A DNA stretch of 64,000 nt from assembly GCA_964016885.1 (NCBI GenBank), contig OZ024743.1:359476001-359540000 (forward strand). Direction: 5' to 3'. The notes beneath the pieces were generated by a model that was not told where the DNA came from, did not search any database, and saw nothing but the letters and a program-made list of their open reading frames with translations. A program made the translations under genes and the position numbers. Origin of the DNA: Eledone cirrhosa (Eukaryota). This document shows, piece by piece, positions 37,941 to 51,001 of this stretch; position 1 is the stretch's first letter; each line of letters begins with the position of its first letter.

Positions 37941-37977
37941 TTCTTCTGATGAAGGACTAGCGTCCGAAACGTTAAGG
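37941..37977 (+). ncRNA. minimal hammerhead ribozyme (Penelope pLTR type)
   Basis: tctt-CTGATGA-a-ggac tagc gtcc-GAAA-cgtt-aagg; palindromic AACGTT stem III. Confidence 0.7.
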
Positions 37978-40778
37978 CCCTCTCCCTGCTATTTCAAGTG
38001 TTAACCTAATATATTCCTTCCATATATACTGTACCGATCGATTGTGTTGTTATTTCTGTTTGCCTTTTACATTTACCCCCCCCCCCATATATATATATAT
38101 ATATATACCATTTCTGATCAAATACATGCGAAGTAGATGCCCTCCTAGAGCAGTTATATCTAGGCTCAATAATCATGTTATTTCCCAGTTACATTAAATA
38201 ATAAAATAAACAATCAAGCAAATACACAAAACAAATCAATTACTATATATTTAATGAAAATATAGTTTTGGAGTTTCGCTCTATGTTTTCTTTTACTTTT
38301 CATTGTTTTCTCGTTTTTCAGGTTTAATCTTTCATTGTATCTATATTTTCTCTCCCCGACTCTTCTTATTTCTTCTATTTATCTCATCTGTCATTATTTG
38401 TTTTTCTCACATTCTTACATTTGTTCTCTCAAATGTATTCCTGAAAGAAAAACTCAAGCAACCAACGACATTAAATATTTTATGTTTTCTGAAAATAAAA
38501 GAATGTAATGCAAAATACAAAAATATGCATAAATAAATATATAAATTAACAAAACAAGGGAAAGCAAAAACAATAATTATCGAAATAGGAAATGAAAAAA
38601 AAACCCAAAAAACATATATAGAAAGAAAAATACCAATTCTCTTTATGTTTGAACTTTGAAGGAATGACATTTACCTGAACAAAGAGTCTGTCCAAACATA
38701 GCATCTACACGAAACTTAGCGCAGATGTTTAAAAAGGAGATATTGAATTCAAACAAAATGTTGTTTCTCAACGGATATGTCAATAAGAGTGCAGTATGAG
38801 CGTTTACTTTGGAAACGTGTCTCTCCTTCCATGTTAATATACCGCACCATTCCTCTTCCAATTGATGGACAAACATGTTCTTACTCACCAGTGACAGCCG
38901 ATAAATATTTTTGTCAAACATATACATATGGATAGAAGTTTAACTTCTGATTTTCTTGAGATTCAAGAGCACACGCACATACACACAGACAAACAAGCAC
39001 ACAGACACACACACATGTATTTATATGTATATGTGTATGAGAGATAGGGGGAGAGAGAGTTTAAACACATATTCATACGCACACACACACTTAATATATG
39101 CTTTACATGAATATGAATTCTTTATATGCTGTCGTTTCGAATTGCTGTTTTTGATTGAAAAATATAAATATAAAAATACATTTCTACAAGAAATATTACA
39201 AATAAAAAAAAGAAAATTCATAATTTCATAACTTCGTTAATATTTAAAAAAATTAAAAATATTTTTCTTAAGGAAATACAAAAAAAAAAAAAATGATTAT
39301 ATATAACTTCTCAAAATACTAAAATGGAATCTACAATCTTTCTTTCGCATTCACTGTTCTATGGCAATTTTATATTCATCGCTTTACATTTCTTATTCAG
39401 TTATAACTTGTTCGAGTTTAACATGTTAGATTTATGCTAAGCTCCAGTCAAATTGAGAGTTGCTAAATAATCAATGTAACTGTTGTATCCATTTCATTAC
39501 ACCCGTTTAACTAATGCCTTCGATAAAAGTTTAGTTTGTTAAAAGCCTTCAATTTTACCATATTCACCTGGATATTTTGGTTCAGCCTCAAGTCGGCCTT
39601 AATTATGAAGACCTGTAATCTATAATATAATCCTGACATGCGAATTTTGTTTTTCTAAGACAAAATCCTTCTATGTTCTTTCCTTTTCTAAGATGGCCGG
39701 ATGTGATTTGAAGAAGATTTACAAAATATTGCTCGTAGATAATTGACTGTCTTGTAATATTCGCTATAGAAATATAATGTACAAAGCAAAATGACTGAAC
39801 ATTTTTGAATAAGTAGTACAGATTATGTTTAGTTTAAAGTGCGTTTGTACCACTGAAAGAAAATGCTGAAATAATTCCAGATCAGTGAAACAACATTTGC
39901 AGCGTCTCTCGATCGTTTAGAAATAGCAGCGAAGCACAACCATAAAAAGATAAAAAATACACTCTGTAACTTCGATAGAAAAGAAAATAAACACTGGAAA
40001 ATTAGATACCAATTCGAACCCACTGCATGGCATCCAGGCCACGTGCCTTTCGAAATGGAATTGGTAGACGGAATATTTTTGGAAGCTCATCAGACGTACT
40101 GCACCTCTAATATATAGGGTCAACCTTGTCACGCAATGTGTCCACTGAATCTCCCTCAGAATTACGTTAAGGACATACTTGCCCGTGGAAAGTGCAGCCA
40201 CCTATACGTTAATTTTACGAGCAGATTGGAACGCCCGTCGCAGATGTCGACGGATGATCAGTTTATGTATGTATTAACAAAAAGCTGTGTGCATAAATTT
40301 AAATAATTTTGCAATGGCGAAATTTTTCACTTAAATTTGCCTTTAAATTGAGACATTTGTAATTTTTAATTAATGTTCTTGGGAGAAATTAACTTTTAGT
40401 ATTGATTTATATCCTCGTTTACCCCTTCATGGAGAAGAAATTGCTATTAATTATTCATACCTACCGACTGCCAAGAACTCTTTTGCTCCAATGATGAAAA
40501 AACTTTAAATTATATAAATAAAGCATAATAAAACAAGAAAAGTAATTAATGTTGAATAATTATTTTAAAGATTGAAATCACAACAAATAACAAAATTGTC
40601 TTCAAATGTGGTTGATTAAATATTCTTGTTGGGGGTAATCGTCGCAAGTTATATGCCTATGGAAAGATCGTGTGGGAAAATTCTAATGAAAACAACGTGT
40701 TTGCATATATTTGTGTGTATATGTGAATATAGCTAAGAGTGTTTCTGTTTACAACTTGTATATCTGTGTCTCTGTGCA

Positions 40779-40823
<45 letters not shown>

Positions 40824-40849
40824 ATATATTTTTACATATATATTATGTA

Positions 40850-41990
40850 CATTTGGTTTTATTATTTTATAAATTATCTCTAATATACAGTGAGCCGGTT
40901 TCTAACTTAGAAACAAGACTCTTTCATTGGAATTTTGATAGCATCAACTAGGTAAATACGTATGTATGTTTGTATACGTTTGTGTGTGTTTGTGCGTGTG
41001 TGTGTGCAGGTATAGTTATTATTGCATGTATAGATCTGTAGGTTTTTACTTATATCTGTTGATGTGCATTTGTTTTTCTATCTATATCTATTTTCTTTTA
41101 CTATTATTCTCGATAATTTTATTTATGGAACATATCATGTAAATACAGTTTAATAGAAAAAGAAAGAAAGTTTAGATTGAGAAGAGTGGAATGTAAAATA
41201 AGAAAATATAAAGAAAAAAGAGAAAGAAAAACCGAAAAAGAGGAGGGAATGGCAAAGACTCTGGTGCCACAGAAGAATGATGAGGGGGAGGCGAGGATGA
41301 TCGGGCCCTGGGCCTAGGGTGCGGGGGTAATGGGGCTGCTCCGCGCGGATTAGACCACAAAACATTCCCGCGGACAATGGCCAGCGACACCTGCTACAAC
41401 AGCCACCCCACCTCACGAGGCTCCTTCCTCAGACGGGCCGCCGACGTTTCGATCATGCGGAGGACCTCGACAGTACGGGGTCCAAGTACGTCTGAGGTCT
41501 CGATGGTGACGGTGCGAAAAGGAAGCGGCCGGACAATCTCCAGTATTTCTTTATCTTCCTTGTTTATCTTCCTAAATATATTACATGCTGAATTTTTTTA
41601 ATGTTTTACATATTTTTACTGTTCCATTAATGGACTATACTTACATCTTCCTAACCAGCCGTGCCCTTTCTAGTTCTGTGATACCCAGTTTCTCAAGATG
41701 TGTACTGACTCCGTTAGTAACATACCTCAGAGCTCCAATTATCACAGGTACAAATCCAAAGGTATAGTCCGAGTGGAGTATATGCTTATTCCTCATTAGT
41801 TCAGCATAAACTTTCTCCTTTTCGCTAATCTTTAGCACTATATTGATATCTGTTGTGTACTGATTCCTCTACTCTGCATGCTTTCGTTTCTCTGTCCCAT
41901 ATCAATATGTCTGGTCTGTAATGTTTGCATTTTGCTAGGGTTTTGACCGGAACATTCCACTAGTACTCTTTCATATTACAGGGGAGGACT
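40850..41990 (-). mobile_element. degenerate RLE-E-like LINE 3' part, interrupted by the CRE fragment
   Basis: KEKVYAELMR..YTFGFVPVIIGAL; 3' UTR at 40850-41060 similar to 42661-42890. Confidence 0.7.
41149..41568 (-). mobile_element. CRE-clade non-LTR retrotransposon 3' fragment (RLE C-terminus plus pyrimidine-rich 3' UTR)
   Basis: Hand translation KKYWRLSGRFLFAP/VTIETSDVLGP…EPREVGWLL*QVSLAIVRGNV matches the CRE pattern KY..F.P...ET.G..G….Q.lS.A..RGN. Confidence 0.75.
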
Positions 41991-42660
41991 ATATTGTCAC
42001 TGATAGAACAAAATATCGCTGGGGCACATTTCAAGAAGCCAGTCACTTTATGATGCTATTCATACTGTCGTTAGAGACTTTATGATACTATCAGTCACTT
42101 TACGATGCTATTCATACTTAAGTTAGTGACCCAGGGGAAAATAGGCTTTCTATGGCTCTGATTATGGTATCTGGGACTTTAGCAAGTCAAAGGCTTTCTA
42201 GCATCCAATTCTGGGGAGCAGAATAAAATACTTTCTTATAGTTAAGCCAGACTGTAACTAATGTCGTCCTATGTCGCCACTCCTCTGACATCGCGGTTTT
42301 GTTAATTTGTAGTTGCTCAACACACACCAAAACACCTTTCCTTCCAGCTGCCTGCTCATCTGTGATGTAATCCTGGGCGAATAGTTCAAACAGTCTGTAT
42401 TCAACCAGATTGATATATATACATATCCGCTAAGAGCTTATTGGTATAGATTAATATGGTACATTCGATAAAAAGTCAGTTTCTTTGTACCAGTTGCCGA
42501 CAATCAAATATTTCTCACAGTCTCACAGTCTCAAGGGTTTGGTATGTATGTATGCATGTATGTATGCATGTATGCATGTATGCATGTATGTATGCATGTA
42601 TGTATGTATGTATGTATGTATGTATGTATGTATGTATGTATGTATGTATGTATGTATGAA

Positions 42661-44633
42661 TGTTCTTCTGGTTTTATAATTTGACAAAGTTTTACCAATA
42701 GAGAGAGAGTCGGTTTCTAACATAGACAGAAGACTCTCTCATTGGAATTTACACAACATCAACTAGGTAGATATGTATGTATGCATGTGTAGATATGATG
42801 TTATTGTATGTGTGGATGTGTATGTTTTGAGTTGTATGTGTGCATGTGTATATGCTTTGTATCTGTACATGTGTATATGCAGTTATTAGATGCAACATTT
42901 TTAGAATGTTTTACATATTTTTACTGTTCCATTAATGGATTGTACTTGTAATTTCCTAACTAGTTGTGTCCTTTCTGTTCCTGTGAAGCCTAGCTTCTCA
43001 AGATTTGTATTGAGGCAGTTACTAACATACCCCAGTGCCCCAATAATCACAGGCATAAATCTGAAGGTGTATTCAGGGTGGGGTATCTGCAGATTTCTCA
43101 TCAGTTCTGCATAAATATTCCCTTTTTCACTAATCTTTGATATTATATTGGCATCTGCTGGGCAGATGCCAATATAATATCAAATTTCCACTACTGTGCA
43201 TGCTTTCTTCTCCCTGTCCCATATCATAATATCTGGTCTCTTATGCCTGCATTTTATTTGGGTTTTTTAGTGGAACTTTCCACCAGTACTCTTTCATATT
43301 ATATACATGGATGTCTTCCACATTGCTGTAGCTTTTAATGTGTTTATTATCAGGGCTATCTTTTTTACGAACCGCATTGTACAGTGTTTTGGTCACTACA
43401 TCATGCCTCATAGGTAGATAGTACCGCGATGACATCTTTGGACAGCTGCTGATGACATGGGTGATATCCTCGATGTTAGTTCTGCAGAGTCTGCACTTGT
43501 TATCACATCTAGGTGTTTTGCCTGCATCCCTATCTCTTTTGTGAATCAGGTATTTCGTGTTAATCTCCTGTTCCTGGATTGCAAAAGCGTATCCTTCAAA
43601 GTGGGAGCCAATATAGCGGTTGTTGGTCCAAGATAGACTACTTTCCTTATCTATATTACTCTCACTACGCAGCTTCCTGGCAACATATCCATGCATGATT
43701 TTTTGCTGATAAACATGCAGTTTTTCATCCATGGATTCACTGCGATACTGCTGAGCGACATCCCTGGGTGTGAGTTTTTGATTATCACACAGGGAATATC
43801 TCTCGAGGATTTCCTTCCCAACTCTCATGATCTTATCTGTTTCCTGCAGATAAACCTGCTCGAGAAACGGGCTCCTACGTTTCGAGGTTCGTAGATGTTG
43901 TCGGCGAGATATGATGCGACATTCCAAATGTTGTCTGGACTGATGTTAGGCCTCTGTATCTCTGCTTACGTATCAAGTAAAGGCGGTCTATGTCACTGTT
44001 GATGTGGAAGTTTCCGGTGTTGTCCAGTACTTTTCGAGTTCCAACATCAACTGCTCGGATTTCGTCTATCGTCCAATTGAGTATTCCAAACGTTGGTGTT
44101 AGGACAGGCACAGCAAACACATTGTGAGCCACTGTTTTGTTTTGCGCAGAGAGTTCCGATGACCAGATCTTTCTTGATCGGGTGTAGTATTCCCTAGTTA
44201 CGCGTTCTTTATTACAGATACCATTATAGGATAGGCTCTCATCTATCCCCAGGTATCTGTAGCAGTCCTCATCAGATATCGGTGAAACAGTTAGGCCATT
44301 GATGACAATGTTGCTAGATTGGGTTGTTGTTTTTCCCCGCTTTACAGTCATGTATGAGCACTTATCTTTGCCAAACTCCATTCCTATATCCTTTGAGAAC
44401 GTTGTAAAGGGTCAAGATTTTTCTTCATCCCATCCATGTTCTTGGCATAGAGTTTAAGATCGTCCACAAAGAAATTATGGTTTAGGTTAGTATTTTTGTC
44501 CTCCTGTGAGCCAATGATGTATCCCTCATATTTCTTGAGCAGAAAGGACAAGGGGTTTAATGACAAGATGAATCATATCACTGAGAGACTGTCCCGCTGA
44601 AATATACCCCTGCAATATTATATTTTATCAGTG

Positions 44634-44634
<1 letters not shown>
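42661..44634 (-). mobile_element. RLE-E (R4/Dong-like) LINE, 5'-truncated, in (TATG)n
   Basis: FFVDDLKLY, EFGKDKC, DIDRLYL, AIQEQEI, CRLCRTNIEDITHVISSC, RHD; TATG arrays on both sides. Confidence 0.9.
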
Positions 44635-44664
<30 letters not shown>

Positions 44665-44726
44665 TGTATGTATGTATGTATGTATGTATGTATGTATGTA
44701 TGTGTGTATGTATGTATGTATGTATG

Positions 44727-45336
44727 GTCAGGTCACCAGTTGGTGCTACTGGTAACATGTATCCCAGTACAACCTGTCTCATGGTCGGGACGATGGGGAC
44801 TAAACTGGCAACCCCACCAAGGTTTCTTGGTGAGGAGGGTGACTTTGGACATCCTGCAGGACTAAAAACAAAACCTGTCAAAGGGCAAAGGAGCTCTTAA
44901 GAGTCAATGGCCATCCAAAATCACCGGGAGAGATGACCCCTTAGCCTTTGTCAAGGCAGAATTCTAGGAGAAGGAAAGCTCTGATATAACACCTGCAACT
45001 CTGATGGTATCCAATGATGTTGACTTGTTCTTCTTTTTGGTAAATATCATCTTGGTTAAGAGAGTGGGACTGGCTTTGTGCAGTGCCTTTGCTCACTATA
45101 AAAGCTTCACGGCACAGGCATTGCTTTATATCTGGAGATCTCTCTGCACTTGTCGTCACATGGTACCATGGGCCCAGCACTATGTGTCAATAATTGTCAC
45201 AAGTGTAGTCTTTGTACCAGAGTTTTCAAGTTGCTGGCTGGACTAACAAATATCACTCGTTCAGCGGATCGGTGGGGGTTCTCCTACATGGATATAAAGT
45301 AGTGGCCGTACTCGAAACGAGTTGGCAGCCACCACC
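44727..45336 (+). mobile_element. RTE-NA copy in (TATG)n
   Basis: gtcaggtcacc start; RTE-like 5' UTR motif ctaggagaaggaaa.ctctga; 3' hairpin gtggccgtactcgaaacgagttggcagccac. Confidence 0.85.
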
Positions 45337-45422
45337 ATGTATATATGTATGTATATTTATGTGTATGTATATGTGTATGTATATGTGTATGTATGTATGT
45401 ATGTATGTATGTATGTATGTAT

Positions 45423-45946
45423 GTTTTCTCTTTCTCTTAATTTCGAGTATATTTTTTTGACCGGCCACCTTCCTGGTGGCAAGGTTGTAAAAGAAAAGAA
45501 ATTGTCATCCCTTGAATCGCAAGAATGTTTTGCATATTTTGAAGGTACCAGCTATCGCAGCCATTTGTAGACTATGAATTAGGGAGCTGCGCTTTTTGTC
45601 CGCAAATCCAAGTTCGGTCATACTTTGGTCCAAGCGGGTTGGTATATAACCCGTAGCACCAATAATGATGGGTATGAAGCTAAACGTGTATCTTGGATAC
45701 TGGATTTGTAAGCTCCTCATCAATGGTCCGTAGATGTCCTCCTTCTCCTGTATTTTTCTGACAACGTTTACATCAAGTGGGCAGCTGATCTCCACAACAG
45801 AACACGTTTTCAATGTGTGGTCCCAAACTACAATATCAGGCCGGTTGTGCTTTAATTTGGTGGCAGTTTTTATTTTCAGGTTCCACCAGTATTCCTTAGT
45901 GCCATCTGTCTCAATATATTCTTCCTCGTTTGTTGTTAATTTTGTA
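45423..45946 (-). mobile_element. RLE-D 3' fragment in (TATG)n
   Basis: [27 protein letters not shown]. Confidence 0.9.
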
Positions 45947-46010
45947 TGTATGTATGTATGTATGTATGTATGTATGTGTATATGTATATGTATGTATGTA
46001 TGTATATGTG

Positions 46011-46044
<34 letters not shown>

Positions 46045-46630
46045 TGTATGTATATATGTATGTATATGTATATGTATGTATGTGTGTATGTATGTATGTG
46101 TATATGTATGTATATATATATGTATGTATGTGTATATATATGTATGTATATGTGTATGCATGTGTATATGTATGTGTATGTATGTGTGTATGTATGTATA
46201 TGTATGTATATGTGTATGTATATGTGTATGTATATATATATGTATGTATATGTGTATGTATGTGTGTATGTATGTATGTATATATGTATATATATGTATA
46301 TGTGTGTATATGTATATATGTATGTATATATGTATATATGTATATGTATGTATATGTATGTATATGTATGTGTGTGTATATGTGTATATGTATGTATATG
46401 TGTATGTATGTATATATATGTGTATGTATGTGTGTATATGTATGTATATGTGTATGTGTGTATATATATATGTATGTATGTGTATATGTATGTATATGTA
46501 TATATGTATGTATGTGTATATATGTATGTATATATATGTGTGTATGTATATGTATGTATGTATGTATATATGTATGTATGTGTGTGTATGTATGTATATA
46601 TATATGTATGTATATATATATGTATATTAT
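45946..46630. repeat. ~685-bp complex (TATG)/(TA)/(TG) microsatellite
   Basis: Directly visible; source of the MYVC ORFs. Confidence 0.95.
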
Positions 46631-47238
46631 GTCAGGTCACCAGTTGGTGCTACTGGTAACATGTATCCCAGTACAACCTGTCTCATGGTCGGGTCGTTGG
46701 CGACTAAACTGGCAACCCCACCAAGGTTTCTTGGTGAGGAGGGTGACTTTGGACATCCTGCAGGACTAAAAACAAAACCTGTCAAAGGGCAAAGGAGCTC
46801 TTAAGAGTCAATGGCCATCCAAAATCACCGGGAGAGATGACCCCTTAGCCTTTGTCAAGGCAGAATTCTAGGAGAAGGAAAACTCTGATACAAAACCTGC
46901 AACCCTGATGGTATCCAATGATGTTGACTTGTTCTTCTTTTTGGTAAATATCATCTTGGTTAAGAGAGTGGGACTGGCTTTGTGCAGTGCCTTTGCTCAC
47001 TATAAAAGCTTCACGGCACAGGCATTGCTTTATATCTGGAGATCTCTCTGCACTTGTCGTCACATGGTACCATGGGCCCAGCACTATGTGTCAATAATTG
47101 TCACAAGTGTAGTGTTTGTACCAGAGTTTTCAAGTCGCTGGCTGGACTAAAAAGTCACACTCGTTCAGCGCTTCGGTAGGGGTTCTCCTACATGGATATA
47201 AAGTAGTGGCCGTACTCGAAAACGAGTTGGCAGCCACC
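46631..47238 (+). mobile_element. RTE-NA copy
   Basis: Near-identical to 44727-45336. Confidence 0.85.
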
Positions 47239-47269
47239 ATGTATGTATGTATGTTTGTATGTATGTATG

Positions 47270-49146
47270 TTATCTCTTTCTCTTAATTTCGAGCATAATT
47301 TTTTTTGACCGGCCACCTTCCTGGTGGCAAGGTTGTAAAAGAAAAGAAATTGTCATCCCTTGAATCGCAAGAATGTTTTGCAAATTTTGAAGGTGCCAGC
47401 TATCGCAGCCATTTGTAGTGAATTAGGGAGCTGCGCTTTTTGTCCGCAAATCCAAGTTCAGTAATACTTTGGTCCAAGCGGGCTGGTATATAACCCGTAG
47501 CTACAATAATGATGGGTATGAAGCTAAAGGTGTATCTTGGATACTGGATTTGTAAACTCCTCATCAATGGTACGTTGATGTCCTCCTTCTCCTGTATTTT
47601 TCTGACAACGTTTATATCAAGTGGGCAGCTGATCCCCACAACAGAACACGTTTTCAATGTGTGGTCCCAAACAACAATATCAGGCCGGTTGTGCTTTAAT
47701 TTGGTGGCAGTTTTTATTTTCAGGTTCCACCAATATTCCTTAGTGCCATCTGTCTCAATATATTCTTCCTCGTTGGTTGTTAATTTTGTTTTCCGAAGTG
47801 CGTTCCAGATGGTTCTAGCTATCCCATCGTGTCTCATGGGGAGGTAGTAGCGAGATGACATTCTTTCGCAGCTGGCAACAATGTGGCTTACATCCTCGAT
47901 CTTTGTTTTACATAGCCTACATTTATTGTAAGCTGCTGGCCTTCCTCTTTTGTGCAGCAGATATTTGGTAGGGAGTTCTTGCTCCTGTAGTGCATAGAGA
48001 TATCCCTCAAGGTGTGATGTCATAAACTTGTCGGAACTCCATGCCAGGCTTTTTGAGTGGTTTATCCCCTCTATGATCTGTGTTTTACGTCTCAAGTATC
48101 CATGCACTACTTTTTCTGTAAATTGGTCAATTTTTTTAATCTTGTTTGAACATTGAATAGGATCTTCCGATTTCTCTGGGTGAGAGATTTATATCAGGCT
48201 TTATTCCATATCTCTCCTCCAGATCAGTCGCTATTCTAATGATATTTTTTGTTCATGCTCATAAACCTGGGCAAGATGGTTGCCAACCTTTTTCCTCTGT
48301 TGAAGGGGTTGCTTCAGTGTTACTATCCGGGTCTCATATGTTGTTAATATTGATTTTAGACCCCGGCCACCTTCCTTGCGTGAGAAGTATAGCCTATCCA
48401 CATCACGATTGATGTTAAAGTTCCCAGTAACACTGAGAAGTTTGCGAGTTCTAACATCCATCTCACTTAGTTCTTGCAATGACCAGTTCAGCAGGCCAAA
48501 TGTTGGCGTTAGAATTGGCACAGCATAAGTATTGTGGGCAATGTATTTGTTGTACGCTGACAGTTCGGTTGACCATATTTTCTTTACTCTTCTGAGGTAT
48601 TCAGTTCTGGTTCTCTCCTTATTTATGGGTCCATCATATCTGACATTCTCATCCTGTCCAAGATATCTGTAGTTGTCACTTGAGTTGTATTGTCAGGCCG
48701 TTCATCTCTAGATTTCTAGAGGAGGGCACAGCTCTTCCACGTTTTACTGCCAAATATGCACACTTGGACTCACCAAATTTCATTTTGATGTTGGTTGAAA
48801 ATTGTGTAATGAGGTCCAAGTGTTTCTTGATGTCATTGATATTTGGCCCATACAACTTCAGGTCATCAACAAAGAAAAGATGGGAGACACTTCTGGACCC
48901 ACTTCTTTGTCCACCTTGTTTCCTGAGTAGGTAAGATTGTGGATTCAGTGAGAGAACGAAGAGTAGCACTGACAAGCTATCACCCTGAAAGATGCCCTTC
49001 TAGTAATGTATCTTATCAGTCTTAACTTGCTCCTTCTCACCTCTAAGGATCAAATTGGTGTACCAGTTCTTGGTCAGGCGTTCAACAGCAGCTACAAATG
49101 GTTGTGGGACTTTGGCTAACTGTAAAGCCTTAATAATCCACCCATG
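47270..49146 (-). mobile_element. RLE-D LINE, longer 5'-truncated copy in (TATG)n
   Basis: [53 protein letters not shown]. Confidence 0.9.
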
Positions 49147-49269
49147 AGTATGTATGTATGTATGTATGTATGTATGTATGTATGTATGTATGTATGTATG
49201 TATGTATGTATGTATTGTATGTATGTATGTATGTATGTATTTATGTATGTATGCATGTATGTGTATGTA

Positions 49270-49690
49270 TGTTCTTCTGGTTTTATAATTTCACAATTTC
49301 TTTTACCAATAGAGAGAGAGTCGATTTCTAACATAGACATAAGACTCTATCATTGGAATTTACACAACATCAACTAGGTAGATTATGTGTGCATGCCTGC
49401 ATGCCTGCATGTGTAGATATGGATGTTATTGTATGTGTGGATGTGTATATGCTTTGTATCTGTAGATGTGTATATGCAGTTATTAGATGCACAATGTTTG
49501 GAATGTTTTACATATTTTTACTGTAATTTCCTACCTAGTTCTGTTCTTTCTGTTCCCGTGAAGCGTAGGTTCTCAAGATTTATATTGAGGCAGTTATTAA
49601 CATACCCCAGTGCCCCAATAATCACAGGCATACATCTGAAGGGGTAATCAGGGTGGAGTATCTGCAGATTTATCACCAGTTCTGCATAAA
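49270..49690 (-). mobile_element. RLE-E 3' fragment
   Basis: Homologous to 42661-43120. Confidence 0.85.
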
Positions 49691-49697
49691 TATGTAT

Positions 49698-50563
49698 GTA
49701 TGAGGTCTGCATTGCTACAGTCCTGCTATATGGATGCGAAAGATGGACAACTTACAATAATCACATCAGGCAGTTGGGAAGATGTCATGAGCATTGTATA
49801 CGATGCATCAAGTGATCATCTTACACGCCTGATGCTGCGGTACTCGAGAAAGCGGGTGACAGCAGTATTGAGAGGAGAATTATTATGAACTAGATACATT
49901 GGGCTGGTCATGTGGTAAGGATGGAAGATGGAAGGCTTCCTATTTTATTGGGAGCTGACCAGAGGAAAAAGGCCACAGTATAAACCAAAGAAGCGGTTTA
50001 AGGATGTCATAAAAGACAATCTTAAAACTCTGAAGATTGATGTGGAGAACTGGGAGACACTGGCTAAAGGCCGTACATCAGGAGAAAGATCATCAAATAT
50101 GGATGTGATGTCTTTGAGAAAAAGCGAGTGGAGCATGCTGTTTTGAAGCGTTTACTTCGTAAGCGCGACTCAAGTGCATTGCCCGCAAACATTCACCAGG
50201 GATTGAGGTGTAATGTATGTGGACGATTTCTTCTAACACGAGCTGATTTTGTTAACCATCTGAAATAACGTGAGCCAGGGAGCAATCGAGCCAACTGTGA
50301 TCTTGTTCTACAACCTCACACTCATTGATAGATTTACAGTGAGTGTGGCCTAATTTGTAAGTCAGCTGGTTGACAGACCAAACATAGTAGAATGCATGAA
50401 GACACACCACAGCCGGTTTTATCAAGAGGCAGACAGTTCAATTGTCACATCTGTGAACGTACCTTCAAAACAAAAGCTGGTCTGAAAAGACACCTGTGTG
50501 CATATGATCATCCAATGTTCAATGAGGAGATGGCACTCTTCTGACAAGAAGAGTGTCATCATC
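49698..50563 (+). mobile_element. RTE-clade LINE 3' fragment with three degenerate C2H2 fingers, 3' hairpin and (TATG)n tail
   Basis: VLLYGCERWT, WAGHVVRMED, GKRPQYKPKKRFKDVIKDNLK..WETLA; hairpin gatggcactcttc/gaagagtgtcatc at 50529-50560. Confidence 0.85.
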
Positions 50564-50594
50564 ATGTATGTATGTATCTATTTGTATATATATG

Positions 50595-50948
50595 CGCGAG
50601 GACATAGAAATAAACGGGCAGAATACCCGATCACGCGGTTAAACAACTGGGAATGAAGGACCCTAGCCTTTCTCAGGGCATTCTTCTAGGAGAAGGCAAC
50701 TCAGGAATTTGGTATAACTCCGACATAAAACCTGCAGCTCAGTAGTTACCGATGATATTAATCTTTTCTTCTTTTCGGGTTATAGCTACTTTTGCTGAGA
50801 GAGTGGGATTGGCCCAGTGGACAGTCTTTCCACACTTTAAAAAACATCTTCACGCACAGGAATTGCACGATAGAGTTAATTGATAATTATTAATAATGTT
50901 ATATCGTGCAATGGACATACTCGATATCGAGGGGGGCAGCCATCACCA
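50595..50948 (+). mobile_element. diverged RTE-NA subfamily copy
   Basis: Shares ccc.tagccttt, ctaggagaagg, acctgca, gagagtggga.tggc and cacagg.attgc blocks, and a 3' hairpin ending gcagccatcaccatgtatg. Confidence 0.7.
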
Positions 50949-51001
50949 TGTATGTATGTATGTATGTATGTATGTATGTATGTATGTATGTATGTATGTA
51001 T

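Noticed and set aside
42040-42120. Short direct repeats agtcacttta.gatgctattcatact
   Set aside because: Local tandem duplication; not a CRISPR array (no unique spacers, eukaryotic context)
44631-45246. Recurrent ~80-aa ORFs in RTE-NA copies
   Set aside because: Recur only because the copies are near-identical; no domain, and starts are weak or lie in microsatellite
45505-46804. Long MYVC/HTYI-rich ORFs (also YIYI, polyE/Q/L and RERE ORFs elsewhere)
   Set aside because: Translations of microsatellites, not genes
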